Shown: in pieces, positions 12,471 to 25,845 of the stretch | How positions within the stretch are numbered: the first letter of the stretch is position 1 | Layout of the letters: each line of letters begins with the position of its first letter | NCBI RefSeq assembly: GCF_000143415.4 | Contig: NW_003314264.1 | Coordinates: 2,985,710-3,049,709 of the forward strand | DNA from: Selaginella moellendorffii | Taxonomy: Eukaryota > Plantae > Lycopodiophyta | Length of the DNA: 64,000 nucleotides | Reading direction: 5' to 3' | Notes under the pieces: model-generated | Databases searched by the model: none | Told to the model about the DNA's origin: nothing | Seen by the model: the letters and a program-made list of their open reading frames with translations, nothing else | Made by a program: the position numbers and the translations under genes

Positions 12471-15217
12471 TTTCTCTTGGTCTCTCCTGGTATCCTCTCG
12501 TCTCACAAACTGCTGCAGAACATGTTACTAGGATCGATTGATGATCAAAGGGTTAAGCGGCTGGGGACAAGCTATCACAATAGCGATGATGTGATATCAC
12601 TACCACCACAATAAGATACTTATTGATATATCTTTTAAATATGACCCTATCCAGTTATAAGTTTAGCTCAAAGTTTGAACTGTGGAAAATGAGAACAGTC
12701 GAACTATGATTTTGAAGTGGTGAGGCTCACCTCAAGTTCTGAAGTGCTAGGGATTCCAAGCTTAGCCCTTTGTAGTGTTGTAGGAAAGAAATGTTTGACT
12801 TGCTTTTGATCAACTGTGAAAACACAGACCCTAGCATGAGAGAACTGTTGAAGGAGGTATCCAGTGAGTTGGAGTGGCCAAGAAAGATTTCTGGTAACTT
12901 GTGCTGGCTAGCTCCACAAAGCTTAGAAAGCTGTACGTTAAATGAGAATCCTTTTGTCAACAGGTGGGAGAATCTTTGCATGATTTTGTAAATGGTGGTG
13001 GCAACAACCACAACAAAGTGCTAAGAGAACATAGAAGAAGATTAGAGGCGGATTCTAACACAGCCAAGAAGCTAGGAGAGAGAGAATTGTTGGCAGGCAA
13101 CACACAACATCTTCTTGGTGTTACAAGCTGGTGGCTTCAGAAGAGTGCCCTGGAGCAGCTGGGGACAAGCCGGACGATCTTGAGAGCAGGCAAGAAAAAA
13201 AAAGATCCCCAAATAAAGAGAGGAAGTGTTTATTTTTTACCTTGACGTTCAAGTTGTTTCACTGCTCTTTTTTCCACTCATTAATTCATTCATTTATTCA
13301 AACGGTTTACATGGTCTCACTGAAGCATTAGACCACAGCTCTTTGTAGAAAAGAGCAAACTTTAGGTGATCGAAAGAATTCTTGCCTGAATTTCTTTCGA
13401 TGAGATGATCGTCCAGAGCGGTTTGCAAGATGGATACCTAGAATATCCTTTAATTTAACAAATTTTGGGCGGGGAGTGGTTCAGAGAAAGCGCTCACGAT
13501 CCCAATATATTTATCATCATTTAGATTAATCTTAAATTATATACATTACAACATTTTTTCTCTCTAAATTTAGTGCCTTTGTTTATTAGAACGGATTGAC
13601 AGCCTTTTACGGGGCTGGAATCTTGGTAACCATTGCTGGTAGGATTTTCTTCTTTTGTTTTTGTGAATTTTTAATTGCTGCTTGGATTTACACCATTGCC
13701 TAGAACCCAATTATCTCACGTCAGCTGGAGCAGCCCGGCTCTTCAACACATGGTCTTGGAGCTTTCCACATCCTATACTTGGTCCATATGCTAATTGTCA
13801 CTGAGCAAATAACAACATAACGCAAAGAGATTAACAGGCTTGAAAACTTAGTGTTTAACAGGGGCTCTTTCTTGATACAAGCCAACTTCTTCTTTCACAA
13901 CAAATACCACAACATCCTGCCTCATAATAGATATTTCGCGGCCCAACACCATCCAGGTGTAATCCCTGCTGTAAGTTCCTCTTCCTCCGCTCTTGGTTTG
14001 ATATTCTTGCACAAACAAAGTCTGCAGCTTGTCCAGACTCTTAACCAACAATTGACACAGACTTCAACAGATATTTTGTATCTGGATGAAACCTGTCGTG
14101 GAAGACATTGCATGGTTTATACCTAATGCTCTATCTGCGAACGTGAAACTGCTATGGAAGGATCTTCAGAAAGTTTTATCCTTAGCAGGGACAAAAATCG
14201 TCACGAACATCAGAATTTAAGAGAATAAAGACAGGAAAATGATGAACAACAGCAAAAGTTCCACGCTGCCAATTCTTCGCTAGTAAAATCGCAGCAAAAC
14301 TATCTTAATTCTGCTCAGAAAGAAAAAAACAAATGCTACAATGCACATCAAGCAAACTAAAATTCGCATCCAAATATTCTCTTAGCAAAACGTGATCCGG
14401 CCTTTTTTCAACATTCACAGCGCTCCCTCTAACCTTTGGTTGTTTACATGCTGTCAGCATGGCAGTTCACATCGTCGTTTCACACATTAGATGCTTTAAC
14501 TTTTCCAGCTGTAATAAGAGCAAACCAGGGCAAGAAACAAGACCATATCCCTACATAATCGTGCTCCAGGAGATTAAGCTCCTTTCTGGCATTAGCTCGT
14601 TGCTTTATCCAAATGCCTGTTACTGGCATAATCAGGAACGTCTTCTGCTTGTCGGAGGAACCCATACCGAGAGAAGGCAGTGGTCATGCTCGTCCCACTC
14701 GGGCATTCAATCACCCAGCTGCTTGGCGACATTCCACGAAAATCAATTCCTCGACCTAGAGCTGCAAAAGACTTGCCTATGGGCATCCACGCCTCATATA
14801 CATTGCACCACCAAATTGGACGCCAAACAATCTCCCGCCGCTGAGGAGGTGCTTGATCTCATTGTGGCTAAATTGGATATGGTTCTTTATTCCATCCAGC
14901 AAAACCGCATGACCACCTAAAATTACATTATTCTAAAGCAGAGGTGGGGGTGCGTTAGGAGACATGAATCTAGATTGAATATATGTAGCTTTGTTTTTGG
15001 TCCCCTTGTGCCCGTCTACCTTACCTTTTCATCCCCTTGCCGACACACAATTATTGGTCTCACCCGCATTGTTTCCAAACTTTGCTTCAAGTAGCTAGAA
15101 TCCTCAGAGTAAGCCCTAAAATATCTACCATCCAGCTCTAAAATTCGATTGGAGGGATCAATATATTTAGGTATGCCAATTGCACAGTTAATTTGGTCGC
15201 AATGCATGCCACACCGT

Positions 15218-16313
15218 CTGGGCCTGATCAATATCTTCGGCGGGATGGGATCGAAGTAGGCCATCCCAGCGTTGGAGGTTTTCTGCCATATGCCGTGAGT
15301 CAGCAGGGGATTTGATCACCATGGGCCGCTACAGCTTCAACAACCGATTGTTCTTGCCGATGTGCGCTCATCCAAAGATCGATCCAATCTCTGGCGAGCT
15401 CTTCGCGGTTAGCTTCAATCCAGTGATCAATCCCCACCTCCGCTACTTCTGGGCGAGCCCGGACGGGAGGAAGAGCCCCGATTTCGACGTGTGGCTGCCG
15501 GACCCGTGCTTACTTCGCGATAACAGAGAACTACGCAGAGAATCAGCTCGTGATGAAGTTCCAGGATGTATTGCTCAAGAACAACCTGGTCATTGATGGA
15601 GATACCGCCAAGGTTCCCAGATTCGGGGTCATCCCTCGCATCCCGACTGTGGGATCTCCCGGCATTCGCTGGATCGACATCCCGGATTGGACATCATTCC
15701 ACTACATCAACGCCTGGGAGGAAGGGACGGACAAGATTGTCGTGCTCAGCTCGTCCATTACGCCGGTGGAACATCTGTTTGACGATATATCAACGGATTG
15801 TCCAACAGATTGAACGAGATCCACCTGGACCTTCGATCTGGACGGTCGTGGAAGCAACACGTGTGCTCAGCCAGACTGGATTTTGGACAGATCAACCAGA
15901 AATTCTTGGGGCGGAAGAATTGGTACGTCCATATGTGCTACTATGGGCCATGGCCCAAATTCTCGGGCCTGGCCAAGGTCGATCTGGACGCTCCACGAGT
16001 GTGGTAATTGACGGAACAAGTGACCCGGACCTCAACAAGCCGTGCATTGTGGCGTCGAGGAGATTCGAACGAGGTCAGTTTTGTGGCCAGCCTTTCTTTG
16101 TGACGAATGGCGAGGAGGAAGACAATGGATACGTCTTAAGCTACGTCCACAATGAGGAAAGTGGTGTCTCAGAGCTTTTTGGTCATGGATGCCAAATCGC
16201 CAACTCTTGAGACAGTGGCTTCTATAGAGTTGCCTGCTAGAGTTCCATATGGATTCCATGGGATCTTTATAAATTCCGATCAAATAGCCAACCAGAACCA
16301 TGCCACCTTGTAA
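15218..16313 (+). pseudogene. Carotenoid cleavage dioxygenase pseudogene (5' deletion, frameshifts)
   Basis: Homologous to the 3' two-thirds of 28620-30485 but split over ORFs 15312, 15550, 15798 and 15566. HDF motif region disrupted. Confidence 0.9.
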
Positions 16314-17312
16314 GAAAATTTGTAAATTGATATATCTCTTGTAAATATCTAATCCATGTAACTATGTGAGGATTCGCAATAAGAACATATGGAGCACTGT
16401 TACTTGGCTCCACACTATGGTATCACCCTGTGATCTGGCATTTTTTAAAAATTCACAGCGTTTTCTCTAACCTTTGGTTGTTTACATGCTGCCAGCATGG
16501 TAGTCCACACACACCTTTGATTCTTTAACTTTTCCAGATGCCCTTTCCTGGCATTAGAGCAAACCAGGGCAGCATTACATTGCAAGAAAAAGCGTCTGCA
16601 TTAAGAAATTTTCTCAGCAATTCTACTGTTGTTGCTCCATGGACTCACTTTCCACCACGCCAAGCATACAAGCACTTCTGAGGGAGCCCAAGAAAATTCT
16701 CTTTGCCTTTTGCAAATGCAGACTTTGGCATAGATACAAGACCCCCCTACTTGGCACATTTGATAGAATCGTGCTCCAAGAGATTAAGCTCCTTTCTGGC
16801 ATTACTTTATCCAAATGCCTGTTACTGGCATAATCAGGAACGTCGTCTGCTTGTTGGAGGAATCCATACCAAGAGAAGGCAGTGATCATGATCGTCCCAC
16901 TCGGGCATTCAATCAACCAGCTGCTTGGCCTGGTCAAGAGATGTGAAGGTGAAGAGCATGGCATTCAACGAGAATCAATTCCTCAATCTCATGCCATCTA
17001 TGCACCTTATATACACTGCACCACCAAATTGGACGTCAGATAATTTCATGCCGCAAGGAGGTGCTTGATATATTTGTGGCTGGAGCATCCCGTTAAACAC
17101 CATCTTGTTTTAGTCTCTGATGTGAACTATAGCAAAACTTTTTCACTAATTGTCAAAATAGCTAGTGTATCTGGTCAAAGACCTATCAATGGTCAAGTGC
17201 GTCAAACGGTCAATCAATTATTTTGGAATCTTGACTGTGAGTCTTTCTCGGCACACTCCCATTCGATTACATTCTTTCTTGTTCTTGGTGGAGACGTCCA
17301 ACACTTCAGAAG

Positions 17313-18890
17313 TGCGACACGGTGGAGAATTTCATCTCCACGTACATTGATCTTCGCGAGTTTCCTCCCTCGCAAGACCCCAAGATCCAGCTCGCGGATA
17401 ATTTCGCGCCTGTTGGAGAGATCCCGCCAACGCCGTGCCGCCGAGTCACTGGCGAGATCCCTCGCTGCCTCCGCGGCGGTGCTTACATCCGCAATGGCTC
17501 CAATCCACTCCATCCCCCTCCCGCCGGCTACAACTACTTCGACGGCCACGGGATGCTCCACTCTGTCAAGTTCGGCGATGAAGAAGATCAAGCTCCAGTC
17601 TACTGCGCGCGATTCACCCAGAACAATCGATTCGTCCAGGAGCAAGCAGCGGGCAAGCCTCTCTTCCCCTACACGCTGGGCACCATGAGCAGCTATGCCG
17701 GGCTCGCACGATTCGGGCTATTCGTGATGCGCACGGCTCTGGGCCTGATCAATATCTTGGGCGGGATGGGAACCTCCAACGCTGGGATGGCCTACTTCGA
17801 TCGCCGAATCCTGGCCATGTCCGAGGATGATATGCCATATGCCGTGAGTATCACCCCAGCAGGGGATTTGATCACCATGGGCCGCTACAGCTTCAACAAC
17901 CGATTGTTCTTGCCGATGTGCGCTCATCCAAAGATCGATCCAATCTCTGGCGAGCTCTTCGCGATTAGCTTCAATCCAGTGATCAATCCCCACCTCCGCT
18001 ACTTCTGGGCGAGCCCGAACGGGAGGAAGAGCCCCGATTTCGACGTGTGGCTGCCGGACCCGTGCTTGTTTCACGACTTCGCGATAACAGAGAACTACGC
18101 AATCCTGCCAGAGAATCAGCTCGTGATGAAGTTCCAGGATGTATTGCTCAAGAACAAACTGGTCATTGATGGAGATACCACCAAAGTTCCTAGATTCGGG
18201 GTGATCCCTCGCATCCCAACTGTGGGATCTTCCGGCATTCGCTGGATCGACGTCCCGGATTGGACGTCATTCCACTACATCAACGCCTGGGAGGAAGGGA
18301 TGGACAAGATCGTCGTGCTGAGCTCGTCCATTACGCCAGTAAAACATTTCTTTGACGATTTCGCCAGATTGTCCAACAGATTGCACGAGATCCACCTGGA
18401 CCTTCGATCTGGACGGTCATGGAAGCAACACGTGTGCTCAGCCGGACTGGATTTTGGACAGATCAACCAGAAGTTCCTGGGGCGGAAGAATCGGTACGTC
18501 TACATGTGCTACTATGGGCCATGGCCCAAAATCTCCGGCCTGGCCAAGGTCGATCTGGACGCTCCACGGCTGCCCAGGGTGGTCATCGACGGAACGAGTG
18601 ACCTGGACCTTAATGAGCCGTGCATTGTAGCATCAAGGAGATTCGAACGAGGTCAGTTTTGTGGCGAGCCTTTCTTTGTGGCAAATGGCGAGGAGGAAGA
18701 TGATGGATACGTTTTAAGCTATGTCCATGATGAGGAAAGTGGTGTCTCGGAGCTTTTGGTCATGGATGCCAAATCACCCACACTTGAGACAGTGGCTTCT
18801 ATAGAGTTGCCTGCTAGAGTTCCATATGGATTCCATGGGATCTTTATAAATTCTGATCAAATAGCCAACCAGAACTATGCCACTTTATAA
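17313..18890 (+). CDS. NCED/CCD4-like carotenoid cleavage dioxygenase, 5'-truncated copy (ATG and transit peptide deleted; possibly a pseudogene)
   Basis: Open 522-codon frame nearly identical to 28917-30485, with all four Fe-ligand His. It begins at GTG because ~940 bp (equivalent to 27967-28907) are missing. Confidence 0.8.
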   Translation, partial: CDTVENFISTYIDLREFPPSQDPKIQLADNFAPVGEIPPTPCRRVTGEIPRCLRGGAYIRNGSNPLHPPPAGYNYFDGHGMLHSVKFGDEEDQAPVYCARFTQNNRFVQEQAAGKPLFPYTLGTMSSYAGLARFGLFVMRTALGLINILGGMGTSNAGMAYFDRRILAMSEDDMPYAVSITPAGDLITMGRYSFNNRLFLPMCAHPKIDPISGELFAISFNPVINPHLRYFWASPNGRKSPDFDVWLPDPCLFHDFAITENYAILPENQLVMKFQDVLLKNKLVIDGDTTKVPRFGVIPRIPTVGSSGIRWIDVPDWTSFHYINAWEEGMDKIVVLSSSITPVKHFFDDFARLSNRLHEIHLDLRSGRSWKQHVCSAGLDFGQINQKFLGRKNRYVYMCYYGPWPKISGLAKVDLDAPRLPRVVIDGTSDLDLNEPCIVASRRFERGQFCGEPFFVANGEEEDDGYVLSYVHDEESGVSELLVMDAKSPTLETVASIELPARVPYGFHGIFINSDQIANQNYATL

Positions 18891-18937
18891 GAAAGTTTGA
18901 TATAGTTGTAAAATCTCTTGTAAATATCTAACCTATG

Positions 18938-21900
18938 TAACTATGTGAGAATTGGCAATAAGAACATATGAAGCACTGTTACTAGGCTCCATACTAATGG
19001 CAATTTTCATTGCATCTCCACTTGCTGCAGCTCCAAGCACTTCCAATCCATGGAATCCAGGTACACTACTCGTGTATGATTAGTCAGGGTATATCCAAAA
19101 CACTGAGAATCTTCTGTGGGAGATGCCATATTAGCTTTAAGGGTTTGATGGAGTGATCAAACTAGAAAGACACAAAGAGATGCTAAGCTATAGCATCAGT
19201 GCCTTTGTGGACACACAAAGTGAGTAAAGTTGTTAAGTTAGCTTCATCAAGTGTATTAATCCTTCCAATCGAAATATGGATTGGATGATCTCACCTTCGC
19301 AATAATATTTTAGGGCTGAGGCAGTACAGTGGAGAAATTGAGTACAAAAAAGTTGCAATGCTGACAAAATATATGAACACTCAGAGGACCAATAATTGTG
19401 TGTCCATATATGCTTGAAATGCTTTTGCATTCTGTTTTTAGTCCACTCCTTGTCTAAGGACCATTGAAAAGAATGTCATCACTTTATATTCAAATATTTA
19501 CACATTTGATGATTTTAGAATATATCTATAAGAATATACTTAATATATACCTATTGAGGATATCCTCCCACTTCATTTTTACCCTCAAACCTTCTTAACT
19601 CTAAAATGAAGCAATAAAGCTTGAAGAAGAGATTGAGGAATAAATAAAAATAATGAATAGTGAATTTTGAAAAAAAATTGACATATAGATATAAATAGAG
19701 TAGAGAATGTTATTTTGATGAAGGAACTCTTCACAAAAATCTTGGTTATTTCAGTAAGCATGGTTTTTTATAAATGATGATTTTCCTAGCAAAATGTGAT
19801 GGAGAATCATATTCAAAATTGACTTAACCTTAAGATATTGGATGTGTATATGTTTTACTTACTAAAGGGCTTATAATGCCTTTTTTTTTTATTAGTCATA
19901 TATTAGGTGTAGTTTCAAGTCCAAAGTCACAACATTATAGGATAAAGGCAAAATAACAAGTTTATTTTTATCATAATGTCATTTAACATTTATATTAATA
20001 TTTTAGTGGATAAATGTAAAAACAAATAAAACTTCTCTGTATAAAACACCTTTAGATGATGCAATATAAATCCTTGCATAGATAAGAAAGTACTCCCTAC
20101 ATAAAATATCAACTAGCTTAGGCAAATGACCTTAATAAAATAACATAAATTGATTTTTTTTTTTTGTTATTTTGACTATGACTAGCAAATTTTGACTTTT
20201 TTGCCTAACCATTAACACCTATTATGAAAATCATGCTATTTCAATATATTATGCCTAATGTATTGAGAGAGATAGAGAGAGAGAGAAATGAAGTATAACC
20301 TAAATGCCTAAGCAAGAACCTTCATCCACAACACCCATTGTCATATACATGCAATCACGTGGCTTTCAAATTATGTTAAAGTCATTCATCAAACAAGGTA
20401 GCCAATTTGATTAAGATCAAAGCTATATAAATTTCTTCCTAAACATCAATGGTATAAGTGCTAATTCCATAAAGTTTTTGTATATATGCCATTTGTCCAA
20501 GAAAAAATTTCACAGATCTCAAAAGAAAAATTAAGGTGTATTCTTTGTTCTAACATCCCTTTGTTAAATAAGTATTGTTCAAGTATTTTTGTGTTGCTTG
20601 ATGCATCAAACCTAGTGATAATAAGTAGCATATAGGCTTTGGAATCCAGGCTGTGAGAGCTGGTGATGGCATTCTCTTTCCTGGGACATTATCTAATGGT
20701 TTATTTTTTTATCAAGGTTTAGGAATTATCTCTGAATTATTCAAAAGTTATTTAGGAATAATCTTCTAGTTTGAGTGTTTGAAGTTAAATCTAGGGTTTA
20801 GGGTAGACACCATTAAATGTCAAGCAATATAATGTTCTCTAGATTGATCAATTTTGGGAAATCTTGTAGCTTTGGCATTTCCAACTATTACTGGGGATAG
20901 AGTGTAGATTTGCAAAGACTTTTGTTTGCCAAGGTGCACCATTGCTCTAGAGTGTGTTATCATAGCACTAGTTCTAGATTGCATCACAAGACATAAGCAC
21001 TAAGAATATAGCTTAGATTAATGCTTGCTAGGGTTAGAATTTTTTAGAGAGTTTAAAAATTTATGGAAGAAAGTGGTGTTATTACTTTGTCTTGTGCTTG
21101 TAGTTTTCCCTCATCTTTTGAGGTTTAAAACATTTTTCTATTTTCTTTACCCCCTATTCTCAAGTAGGAAACATATGCATAAAGATGCTATGAAGGTCAT
21201 TAACAATTAAGTTTAAAATCCATCATGTTCATAGGTGGAAATGCATTTGACAAGGCTTGAGCAAATATGTCTGCACTCAACTTGTCTCAAAAACCATACA
21301 CATAAGGTTTGAGAAAAGAAGATCTCCAAAGTTGTTTATTCATATATCTCAATTAGTTATTGGATCAGTGGCTTTTATTAAAACCCCTAATAATACTTAA
21401 ATTTTAGATTATGCAACACCAAGAATATACTTTAAAAAAACAATTAAACCTTTACTCTAAAGGTATATAATAGATTTTTTAACCCTTTAAGTGATCCTAC
21501 CCTAAATAAATGTGACCATTTTAGACTAATTTCTCTTTTGCAAACTAGGATTTCTATCAGTGACACCAATGTAGTTGGCATATTTACTTTAAAATTCACT
21601 CTGGGACCTTCATCACTCACACAACACCAAAGCTATAAGATAGATACTTCACTAAAATTTTTATAATTATCTCTCAAAAAGTTCATAGGATGGCTATTCA
21701 AGATGAGAGGTACTTTAGAAGAAGTTACCAAATTTATAACACTATTGTTGACTCTATAATATGAGTTTAAATGAGATTCACAACATAGTTGCAACACTAG
21801 CTAACAAGAGCATTGTCCAGGATTGGGAGCACTAATGATTTAAAGTAGAAATTATAAGCCAAAATTCCTAGAATAAAAAATAGAAAATTTTTTAAAATAA

Positions 21901-22307
21901 ATAAAATTGGCAAAAATACATATTAAGAATAACTAGAATTGTTAATAAAAATGACAATGAAGACAAAAAATCACTAAAACTTCACCATGTACCATAATTC
22001 TATCTAATGAAATTCAAATCATTCTTCCTAAAATTTTATATAAAATTTCTAACAGTGTAACTTTATTTTAGAATAATGCTTATATATAGTTTTTTCTCAA
22101 AATCCCACATATAATTGCATACATAATCTTAAATACCCATTGTAGGATTTTTAGTGTAACCCCCACTTTACTACACCTCAATTAATTGCCACAAGGTGAG
22201 GATTATATTGAAAAATGCATTAGGAGGGGTAGTAGGCAGATTAGTGAAGCCCAAGGTTAGATTTTACATGAATAATAGCCTAGATTTCACGTGTGCTCAT
22301 CAAAAAT
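18938..22307. repeat. Left arm of a ~3.4-kb inverted duplication
   Basis: Reverse complement of 32371-35810, e.g. ORF 21025-21210(+) vs 33510-33695(-), and (GA)n at ~20265 vs (CT)n at ~34432. Confidence 0.88.
18940..19300 (-). pseudogene. PLS-class PPR gene C-terminal remnant
   Basis: Reverse complement of the PPR-like fragments at 31984-32305 and 35460-35810. Confidence 0.6.
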
Positions 22308-22564
22308 AGAAATGGTTAACTTCAGTGATCAATCCCCACCTCCGTTACTTCTGGGCAAGCCCAGATGGGAGGAAAGAGATGAATTTTTAAGATGTAGTGC
22401 TCAAGAACAAACTGGTCATTGATGGAGATACTACCCAAGGGTCCCAGATTGATCCTCCCTCGCATCCCAGCTGTGGGATCTTCCAGATCGACGTTTGGAT
22501 GTAATTCCACTACATCCACACCTGGGAGGAAGGGATGGACAAGATCGTCGTGTCCATTACGCCA
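22290..22564 (+). pseudogene. Heavily deleted CCD fragment fused to NPF
   Basis: Ordered CCD pieces (VINPHLRYFWASP; KNKLVIDGDT; FHYI.TWEEGMDKIVV) separated by deletions. Confidence 0.8.
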
Positions 22565-23251
22565 AGGTTCACGAACCTCATCTTTAGCAGCGTCTTCGTC
22601 CAGGTGGGCACCTTATTCCTCAACCAGGGCGACATCATGGAGCGGCATCTGGGGCGATTCCAGATCCCAGCCGCCTCCTTCACGCTCTTCATCACCCTCA
22701 CCATTTGCATCATCATGCCGCTCTACGACCGCTGCTTCGTGCCATTCGCGCGCCGGATCACGGGGAACGAGCGAGAGATCACGATGCTCCAGCGCATCGG
22801 GATCGGCCAGGTCATCTCCACGGTCTCCATCGCTCGCCGCGCTGGTGGAGATGAAGCGCTTGGGAGTGGCTAGGCAACACGGTCTGTTGGATGGCCCCCA
22901 GTCGACGGTCCCGATGAGCGCATTCTGGCTCTTGCTGCAGTGAGTTTGCGAGGTTTTCATCTCCGTCGGCCAGAACGAGTTCTTCTACGATCAAGCCCCG
23001 GATTCCATGCGAAGCATTGGAGTGGCGCTCTATCTCGGCACCATCTCCATCGGGAGCTTCATCAGCAGCTTGTGGTGGTCAAGTTTACAAGTACAAAAGG
23101 TGGCCGGGTTGACGGCAGCTGGACCAAACAATCTCAACAGGGCTCACATTGATTACTTCTACTGGCTGCTGACTATTCTATCAACCTTGGGATATATGTC
23201 TTGTGTGCGAGGTGGTATACTTACAAGCATGTGGGAGATATTGCAATTTGA
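22565..23251 (+). pseudogene. NRT1/PTR (NPF) transporter 3' half, frameshifted
   Basis: FSSVFVQVGTLFLNQG..MERHLGRFQIPAASF...YDRCFVPFARRITG.EREITMLQRIGIG; FFYDQAPDSMRSIG; NLNRAHIDYFYWLL. Confidence 0.88.
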
Positions 23252-25845
23252 TCATCAAGCGATCCTAGTAACATGTTCTGCAGCAGTTTGTGAGACGAGA
23301 GCATACCAGGAGAGACCAAGAGAAGGGTTAAGCGGCTGGGGACAAGCTATCGCAATAGCGATGATGTGATATCACTACCACCACCATAATAAGATACTTA
23401 TTGTTATATCTTTTAAATATGACCATAAGTTTAGCTCAAAGTTTGAACTGTAGAAAATGAGAACAGTCGAACTATGATTTTGAAGTGGTGAGGCTCACCT
23501 CAAGTTCTGAAGTGCTAGGGATTCCAAGCTTAGCCCTTTGTAGTGTTGTAGGAAAGAAATGTTTGACTTGCTTTTGATCAACTGTGAAAACACAGACCCT
23601 AGCATGAGAGAACTGTTGAAGGAGGTATCCAGTGAGTTGGAGTGGCCAAGAAAGATTTCTGGTAACTTGTGCTGGCTAGCTCCACAAAGCTTAGAAAGCT
23701 GTACGGAATCCTTTTGTCAACAGGTGGGAGAATCTTTGCATGATTTTGCAAATGGTGGTGGCAACAACCAAGAAGATTAGAGGCGGATTCTAACACAGCC
23801 AAGAAGCTAGGAGAGAGAGAATTGTTGGCAGGCAACACACAACGTCTTCTTGGTGTTACAAGCTGGTGGCTTCAGAAGAGTGCCCTAGAGCTGCTGGGGA
23901 CAAGCCGGACGAGCTTGAGAGCAGGCAAGAAAAAAAAAGATCCCCAAATAAAGAGAGGAAGCGTTTCTTTTTTACCTTGACGTTCAAGTTGTTTCACTGC
24001 TCTTTTTTCCACTCATTAATTCATTAATTTATTCAAACGGTTTACATGGTCTCACTGAAGCATTAGACCAAAACTCTCTCTAGAAAAGAGCAAACTTTAG
24101 GATGCTTGCCTGAATTTCTTTCGATAAGATGATCTATTTTTGGTTTGCAAGATGGATACCTAGAATATCCTTTAATTTAACTGGGCGGGGAGTGGTCCAG
24201 CTCACGACAGTTAGGGCATGTCCTGTGTATCCTAATATATTTATCATCATTTAGATTAATCTTAAATTATAACATTTTTTCTCTCTAAATTTAGTGCCTT
24301 TGTTTATTAGAACGGATAGACAGCCTGGAATCTTGGTAAGCATTGCTGGTAGGATTTTTTTCTTTTGTTTTTGTGAATTTTTGCGAATTGCTGCTTGGAT
24401 TTACACCATTGCCTAGAACCTAATTATCTCACTGCCACGTCAGCTGGAGCACCCCGGCTCTTCAACACATGGTCTTGGAGCTTTCCGCATCCTATACTCG
24501 GTCCATATATCCAAAGAGCTGTTCTAATTGTCACTGAGCAAATAACAACATAACGCAAAGAGATTAACAGGCTTGAAAACTTAGTGTTTAACAGGGGTTG
24601 AAGCTTGTCCATACTCTCAACCAACAATTGACACAGACTTCAACAAATATTTTGTATCTGGATGAAACCTGTCGTGGAAGACATTTCATGGTTTATACCT
24701 AATGCTCTATCTGCGAACGTGAAACTGCTATGGACGGATCTTCAGAAAGTTTTATCCTTTAGCAGGGACAAAAATCGTCACGAACATCAGAATTTAAGAG
24801 AATAAAGACAGGAAAATGATGAACAACAGCAAAAGTTCCACGCTGCCAATTCTTCGCTAGTCAAATCGCAGCAGAACTATCTTAATTCTGCTCAGAAAGA
24901 GAAAAAAATGCTACAATGCACATCAAGCAAACTAAAATTCGCATCCAAATATTCTCTTAGCAAAACGTGATCCGGCCTTTTTTCAACATTCACAGCGCTC
25001 CCTCTAACCTTTGGTTGTTTACATGCTGTCAGCATGGCAGTTCACATCGTCATTTCACACATTCGATGCTTTAACTTTTCCAGCTGTAATAAAAGCAAAC
25101 CAGGGCAAGAAACAAGACCATATCCCTACATAATCGTGCTCCAGGAGATTAAGCTCCTTTCTGGCATTAGCTCGTTGTTTTATCCAAATGCCTGTTACTG
25201 GCATAATCAGGAACGTCTTCTGCTTGTTGGAGGAATCCATACCGAGAGAAGGGCAGTGATCATGCTCGTCCCACTCGGGCATTCAATTAACCAACTGCTT
25301 GGCGACATTCCACGAAAATCAATTCCTCAATCTAGAGCCCCAAAGGACTTGCCATTATGGGCATCCACACCTCATATACATTGCACCACCAAATTGGACG
25401 CCAAACAATCTCCCGCAGCCGAGGAGGTGGCTGGATGTGGGTAAATTGGATATGGTTCTTTATAACATCCAGCGAAACCTCGCTTGCGAACGCATGACCA
25501 CCTAAAATTACATTATTCTAAAGCAGAGATGATATTTCGTGTGGGGGGCGTTAGGAGACATGAATCTAGATTGAAGCTTTGTTTTTGGTCCACTCGTGCC
25601 CGTCTAGGAAGCATGGGACCTTACCTTTTCATCCCCTCCAAGAAGCATGCCGACACACAATTATTGGTCTCACGCATTGTTTCCATTCAAGTAGAATCCT
25701 CAGAGTAAGCCCTAAAATATTGATCTTATCTATGCGTGTGGCTCAAGACCATCCAATCCATAGCTCTAAAATTCGATTGGAGGGATCAATATATTTAGGT
25801 ATGCCAATTGCACAGTTAATTTGGTCGCAATGCATGCCACACTGT

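Larger units (their letters stand above)
11818..18948 (+). repeat. Tandem segmental duplication unit 1 (NPF fragment - intergenic - CCD pseudogene - CCD)
   Basis: Collinear and near-identical with 22701-30543; paired ORFs such as 12791/23559, 14459/25034, 16623/27266 and 17322/28620. Confidence 0.9.

Noticed and set aside
12727-14126. Short ORFs at 12.7-14.1 kb, duplicated at 23.5-24.7 kb
   Set aside because: No recognisable domain, and frames differ between duplicates; at most unidentified gene fragments.
17065-18630. Overlapping alternative-frame and antisense ORFs over the CCD genes
   Set aside because: Shadow ORFs from GC-rich codon usage.
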